Shown: positions 63,567-64,000 of the stretch, in pieces
Position numbering within the stretch: position 1 is the stretch's first letter
Layout of the letters: each line of letters begins with the position of its first letter
Origin: Laetmonice hystrix
Lineage: Eukaryota
DNA: 64,000 nt
Assembly: GCA_965235115.1 (NCBI GenBank)
Contig: OZ249436.1
Coordinates: 38,132,001 to 38,196,000, forward strand
Direction: 5' to 3'
Made by a program: the position numbers and the translations under genes
Notes under the pieces: generated by a model
What the model saw: the letters and a program-made list of their open reading frames with translations, nothing else
Database searches by the model: none
Told to the model about the DNA's origin: nothing

Positions 63567-64000
63567 TAGGGCCTACCGTCGGGTAAAAACTCAGGTGGGC
63601 CCGCTGGTTGACATAGGTGAGTCAATGTGATATTTGTCAAAGAAGAGGAAAGTGACATACGATTCCCAAAGCTCCCTTGTAAGAAGCAGCCATCGCCACC
63701 TCGGAACCCCGACTGTTGTCAACCAGCGTCCGTGACAGAGACTTTAATGTGCCACTGTAATGCAGGCCAAATGTTAGGCCCCTTACACCCATGACCCGTC
63801 CTAATCCAGGCCAAATTTCAGATTAGGACCACCTCAGACCACTTTCAGCCAGTCCCACAGGTGGTCGTATTTGTAAGGTTCCACTGTAGTAGCTTGAGAG
63901 TATACTCCGTCAAGGCATTTCTCAATTTATAATAATGACGCCAATATGCCTATACTAATGATAGGAACAGTCAAGTCTGGCCATCAACTCCCAGGTTCAG

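Overview
Eukaryotic (invertebrate-like metazoan) genomic DNA, not prokaryotic; most ORFs in the supplied track are spurious. Two intron-containing genes converge tail-to-tail. CNOT3 (CCR4-NOT subunit 3) is on the + strand: 15 coding exons reconstructed at 5306-18919, with the first coding exon apparently upstream of the window. An AQP8-like aquaporin is on the - strand: 5 coding exons at 52621-61312. Between them lies a ~30-kb macrosatellite region (21329-51013) built from a ~2.03-kb dimer of two diverged ~1-kb monomers. The array is split by a 9855-bp non-autonomous CACTA/EnSpm-like element (CCCAGTGAAGA TIRs, TA duplication). That element contains an IS3EU-like element, which in turn contains a double-MITE palindrome plus hAT-like and Harbinger-like MITEs. 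Near the right edge the array carries a 401-bp A-tailed insertion with a 32-bp duplication and several CTCF-like motifs. Copy-to-copy comparisons show TA changing to TA(G)GCCTA, which looks like a transposon excision footprint, and this motif is abundant across the window. Introns and flanks hold many MITEs, a Helentron-like element, a (CCCGCCTG)23 tract and a Gypsy pol relic. No intact transposase, RNA gene or CRISPR array could be supported. All calls were made by eye without database searches.
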